In this document: piece after piece, positions 59,225 through 63,207 of the stretch | Layout: each line of letters opens with the position of its first letter | Numbering within the stretch: position 1 is the first letter of the stretch | Origin: Thelocarpon superellum | Taxonomy: Eukaryota | DNA length: 63,207 nucleotides | Direction: 5' to 3' | NCBI GenBank assembly: GCA_026025795.1 | Contig: JAPEUG010000059.1 | Span: forward strand, 1-63,207 | The notes under the pieces: generated by a model | The model's input: only the letters and a program-made list of their open reading frames with translations | Database searches by the model: none | Told to the model about the DNA's origin: nothing | Translations under genes and position numbers: made by a program

Positions 59225-61842
59225 TCAAGTCGATCCCGACCAAAAGTTCTCTATTTCCAAGGGATTAGGAAACATAAAGTCCAAGTCGTCCATGTTCATG
59301 TTCATGTCAACGTCAACCTGCAATGAACCATCTGTTCAGTTGGACTTTCTCCAGGCAATGGGACGTTGATGGCTTACAGCATCGAATGGCAACCCCGCAC
59401 CCTCATCAGACTGCCTTTCCCCAGTCTGCTGCGTCATTGGAATCGCTGGATGTGACAAGACGGGGGCTGAGAGAGAATCCGTCCGCTGTTGCCGATTAGC
59501 GATGAAGCTAGGCAATGCACGAATTGAGCTGGACGAGATCCTAACCATCGATGAATCTCCAATGTCATTTCTCGCAATTTGCGATGGCTCGCGGGAATCG
59601 ATGTGGAGCTGGCATTCATTTGCCTCCAAGCCAATACGAATCAGCTTTTGCGTCTCCGCGCACATCAGGCTCTCGGTCAGGTCCGAGGACCCCTGCGCCT
59701 TCACGGCTGCCAAGGCTAGAGAGAGGAATAGCGCAAACACGAGGTCGTGTTCGAGGTGAGAAATTTGACCAAGGAAGATGTCGAGGGTACTTTGCAACGC
59801 GAGCAGCACGTCCGACCGCGAGATGGGTTCATGATTGGCCCCCATATGGAGTGGAACGCTCTGGCCGCCTCGGCCCTTTATCGCTCGATCTTGACGCCTC
59901 AGTTCAGCACAAATGGACAGTCCAGCATGGTAGCAGTCCGCCTTTAAGAAACGCTGAACGAACGCCTGATGTCGAGTCGAGCTCGGCCGGCTTTGATCAA
60001 AGACGTGCTGATAGGAGAGGACGCTCATGCAAGAATCAAAGCTGATTTGACGAGAGTGGTTGGCCATGGGGTGATTGATGGCCGTCATGGCAAAGGCACG
60101 GAGCAGGGCCAAGAGGACACGGCGCAGATAGGTGTGGAGCATCACACACTGCAACACGCGGCCATGCGAAGCGTGGTCGGGATTCTCGGCACGTTGCTCT
60201 GGCCGCAGCGTCTGCGGAACCTCTTCCAAGGTCTTCTCGAGCTCTCGGCTGCATTGGACGATGTCGCTGAGGTTGATCTCCGAGGCCACGTTGTTGATGA
60301 AGTCTATCGTGCGCAGCCGAAGCCTCAGGGAGCGCCCTAGAATCACTTGGCTCGTGGCATCGTTGGTAAAATGAGCGGGTTCAGGCACGATGGGAAGGAC
60401 CATGTCCGGCGATAGCGCGGTGTCGGCGTAGTTCGACGGAGGCGTGATGTCGAAATCCGTCGCGCGCACGGTGGTGGGGAAGCCGTGTGCCATGGATGCC
60501 TGCAGATCTAGTTCAACCACGGTGGCCCACAGCCGGCGGCGCATCTCCGCATCGAAGATGGAGACCTGAGAAAAGCGGGTGGGCTCTCGGTGGAGCCCGA
60601 TGTACATGGCGGCCCGGACGAGATCACCGGCAGCCGCGGGCGTGATCTCATGATCGACAAATACCATCTGGCGTCCAATCAAAAGCAGGCAATGGCTCCG
60701 GATCAGGATCAAGCCTCGCATCGACTTGCTTTGCCGGATACGGATGTACCCTTCCACAGCATTGAGCCAGGACAGCGCGCGGCTGCGGCCGGGCGAGTCC
60801 TGCACCGTGGCAGGCTCCGTGTGGTGAAACGGCGAGGCGACGGCTAGGATGGCGAGGAGTTGGACGACCCACGAGGTTTTGGCCGCCGCCGGGGCCTGCC
60901 AGAAACGCTGGTAATCACGCTGAAAGGTGGGAACGTGGAGGACGCGAAGGGGCCCCTCATAATTTTCCAGATACAGCGTCACGAGCTCGTCGCAGAGATT
61001 GCGAGCTGGCACCATGGCAAGGAAATCCTGGGTGGGTGCGGCCAAGACATCGGCCTGGGCGGAATGACGGGATCGTAGGGCGCGCCGCTGGTATTGGTTC
61101 ACCAGCGACTGGATACCATCACGCATTGGCCGCAGATCAGGGTCGAAGAAGGAGCGCTCCAAGGCCTTGCCCACTTCATCGAACTAGATTCATCAGCTGG
61201 CACGGGCGGTGTGGATTGCGGTGCGGGACGAACCTGGCTGAACAAGATGCGCCAGTGGCGCTGACCGTAGTAGCAGGTCTTGGATCCCCGGACGCGCAGG
61301 TAGCCAGAGTGTGACTTCTTCTGGAGCTCCTGGTTGTACGGGAGGGGGTCACCACTCGAGGCCACAATGGTCCCGCCGAGCCCATCAACTACGGCCAAGG
61401 AGCCTCTGGTGCCGGGTGCACCATAACGCTGGTCCGCGCTCAGGGGAGCGCCGCCAACGACCCCTGAGAAGACGAGCTCCAGCCGACGGATACGCTCTTG
61501 GAGTTGCTCGATCGACTCGACGCTACCACTGGTACTGCGCGCGACGATGGACGGAGGGGAGTCTCGTGGCTCGTGCATCCCGGCCGAGTCCCGAGCGTCA
61601 AGAGCCCCATGAAGATCCTCGTCGACGACGTCGGGGAGATTGGCAAACTGGTAATCGGGCTGAGTGGCGTACGCACATTGCCGGGGGCGGGCGCTCTTGA
61701 GACATTGATCGCACGGGCGGTTCCGGTCGCACTTGAGCTTCTTGCGGCGGCACTCGAGGCATGAGAGCGTCGGTCGCGGCCTCTTGCGAATGGAGCTCGA
61801 CGCAGTGGTCGCTTTCACGGATCGGCCATCGGAGGCGGACAT
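59225..61842 (-). CDS. Zn(II)2Cys6 transcription factor with fungal-specific TF (middle homology) domain
   Basis: SCLECRRKKLKCDRNRPCDQCLKSARPRQC; AMYIGLHREP..EMRRRLWATVVELD; intron 61233-61184 plus two 3' introns. Confidence 0.93.
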
Positions 61843-62627
61843 GGAGCAAGATGGCTGCGCTGACACGGTCCGCCGTCCCGGCTCCGGACGGAGCTTCGGG
61901 GAGAGGGATGAGCTGCGCCCCCTACAAGGTCTGCCGCCTCACGCAGCGGCTGCGACCAAATACCCCACCAACGGACCCCTACACCTTTCGAGGAACACGT
62001 GAGTCAACCGGGCGAGATCTTTCAAAGCACCGAGGGATATGTCTAGGGAGATGAGGTGCTGTATAAGTCGTCGGCAATCCTCATTCCATAGAGCCTCATG
62101 TCACATTATTTGGCCCCGGCCGTAGAGTTGGTGCACGGTGGGCAATCCACGAGGGTAAGTCTGATAGATCGTAGCGTAATGGGGCACAACACCTCTCCAT
62201 TAGTCAAGGGGAAATCTCAACGGTTCAGGCATCAACGGGTGGTGCGCAGCCGTCATCGAATTGGGCTGGCATCGGCCCGTTGGACCGGAAATACGAGGGA
62301 GGAGCAGCGGCCGACGAGTCTAGCCAATGGCACGGCGTCTCAGCCATCAACCAAGATACATGTGAGCTTTGGCGATTCGTCTGATGACTTACGACGGGCT
62401 GCGATGCCATGGATGTGGGACGGCACATTTGCCATGCTGCAGCTCTTCCAACTTGGCGTTGATGCTGATAGAGCCGAGTGGGCTGAGCATCGGACCCGAA
62501 GACGTGTGGGCGTGCAGGCATGCGTGGACGTTGCGGCGCGAACTCGGATCCGGAGCGCCTCTTTCGGTTAGTCGGATCCGACTCGCTCGACCGCCGGAGG
62601 ACAGACGAGTATGGAGGCCCTCCACCG

Positions 62628-62666
62628 TCCGCTGGCCGTCTCCGCTGGCCGCCTCCGCTGGCCGGA
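62628..62666 (+). promoter_or_regulatory. Three tandem 13-bp units TCCGCTGGCCGNN; candidate Zn2Cys6 binding array
   Basis: Units at 62628, 62641 and 62654, each CCG-N4-CCG; TATATAA at about 62737; RTA1 ATG at 62930. Confidence 0.55.
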
Positions 62667-62929
62667 GACCCTTGAAGCTCCACGCTCCCTGTTGACGAGC
62701 GGACTCATCTCGCGATAAGCCACCAGGAGCATTCACTATATAAGTCAAGTCGCCGCCATGAATTCTCATGTTCATCCTAGTCGTCGGTTTCTTAATCCTC
62801 ACACCTCAATTGAAGCCTGTCGAGTTGAGCGCCTGTTCGCCGTGGCTTCAAGCCTTACCCAGCTCGGTAGCTTGTTGGTTCCCCCTTTGCCCCCTGCCCA
62901 TCCAACGTCCATCACACTCACAGGAGATC

Positions 62930-63207
62930 ATGGGTCTCATCGCCCATCCCATCATTCCGGATGAGGACTGTACCTTGCAAACGTGTTCGCTGGCACAGGC
63001 ACATTTTACATACCTGCCCAGCCTCGCTGGCAATGCCCTGTACCTCTCCATCTTCGCCGTCTGCCTGGTCGTCCAAATCTTCTTCGGATGGCGATACCGC
63101 ACGTGGGGCTTCTTGGTCGGCTTGACCGGAGGCCTGGCTCTCGAGATCGTAGGCTATGCCGGCCGCGTTCAAATGCATTCGAATCCATTCACCAAGCCGC
63201 CCTTCCT
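62930..63207 (+). CDS. RTA1/Rsb1-family 7-TM protein (5' part; runs off the window)
   Basis: CTLQTC..FTYLPSLAGNALYLSIF..GWRYRTWGF..LEIVGYAGRVQMHSNPF. Confidence 0.9.
   Translation, partial: MGLIAHPIIPDEDCTLQTCSLAQAHFTYLPSLAGNALYLSIFAVCLVVQIFFGWRYRTWGFLVGLTGGLALEIVGYAGRVQMHSNPFTKPPF

Overview
GC-rich, gene-dense DNA from a filamentous ascomycete (Pezizomycotina-type genes with short GT..CTRAY..YAG introns). It opens with a dead 2.8-kb hAT DNA transposon (413-3222) that has an 8-bp TSD, transition-riddled transposase remnants and an embedded tRNA-like Pol III cassette. A housekeeping block follows from about 3.5 to 50 kb: SDR, POC4, carnosine N-methyltransferase, CPS1/DIP2, DRS1, GNAT, ARL2, a DUF4045/gelsolin protein, SEC63, an MFS pump, ALO1, CFIm25, CAB5, a DUF8004-like protein, the divergent NOP1-RPL17 pair, an F-box protein and a CDF transporter. 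A Pth11-like pseudogene fragment lies within this block. The 50.3-59.2 kb stretch looks accessory: an orphan ORF, a spliced 84-aa secreted peptide gene missed by the ORF track, an intronless GT32 mannosyltransferase and a poly-Q small secreted protein. The window ends with a Zn2Cys6 regulator divergent from a truncated RTA1-family gene, with a CCG-rich tandem array between them. All family assignments come from motif recognition by eye; no database searches were run.
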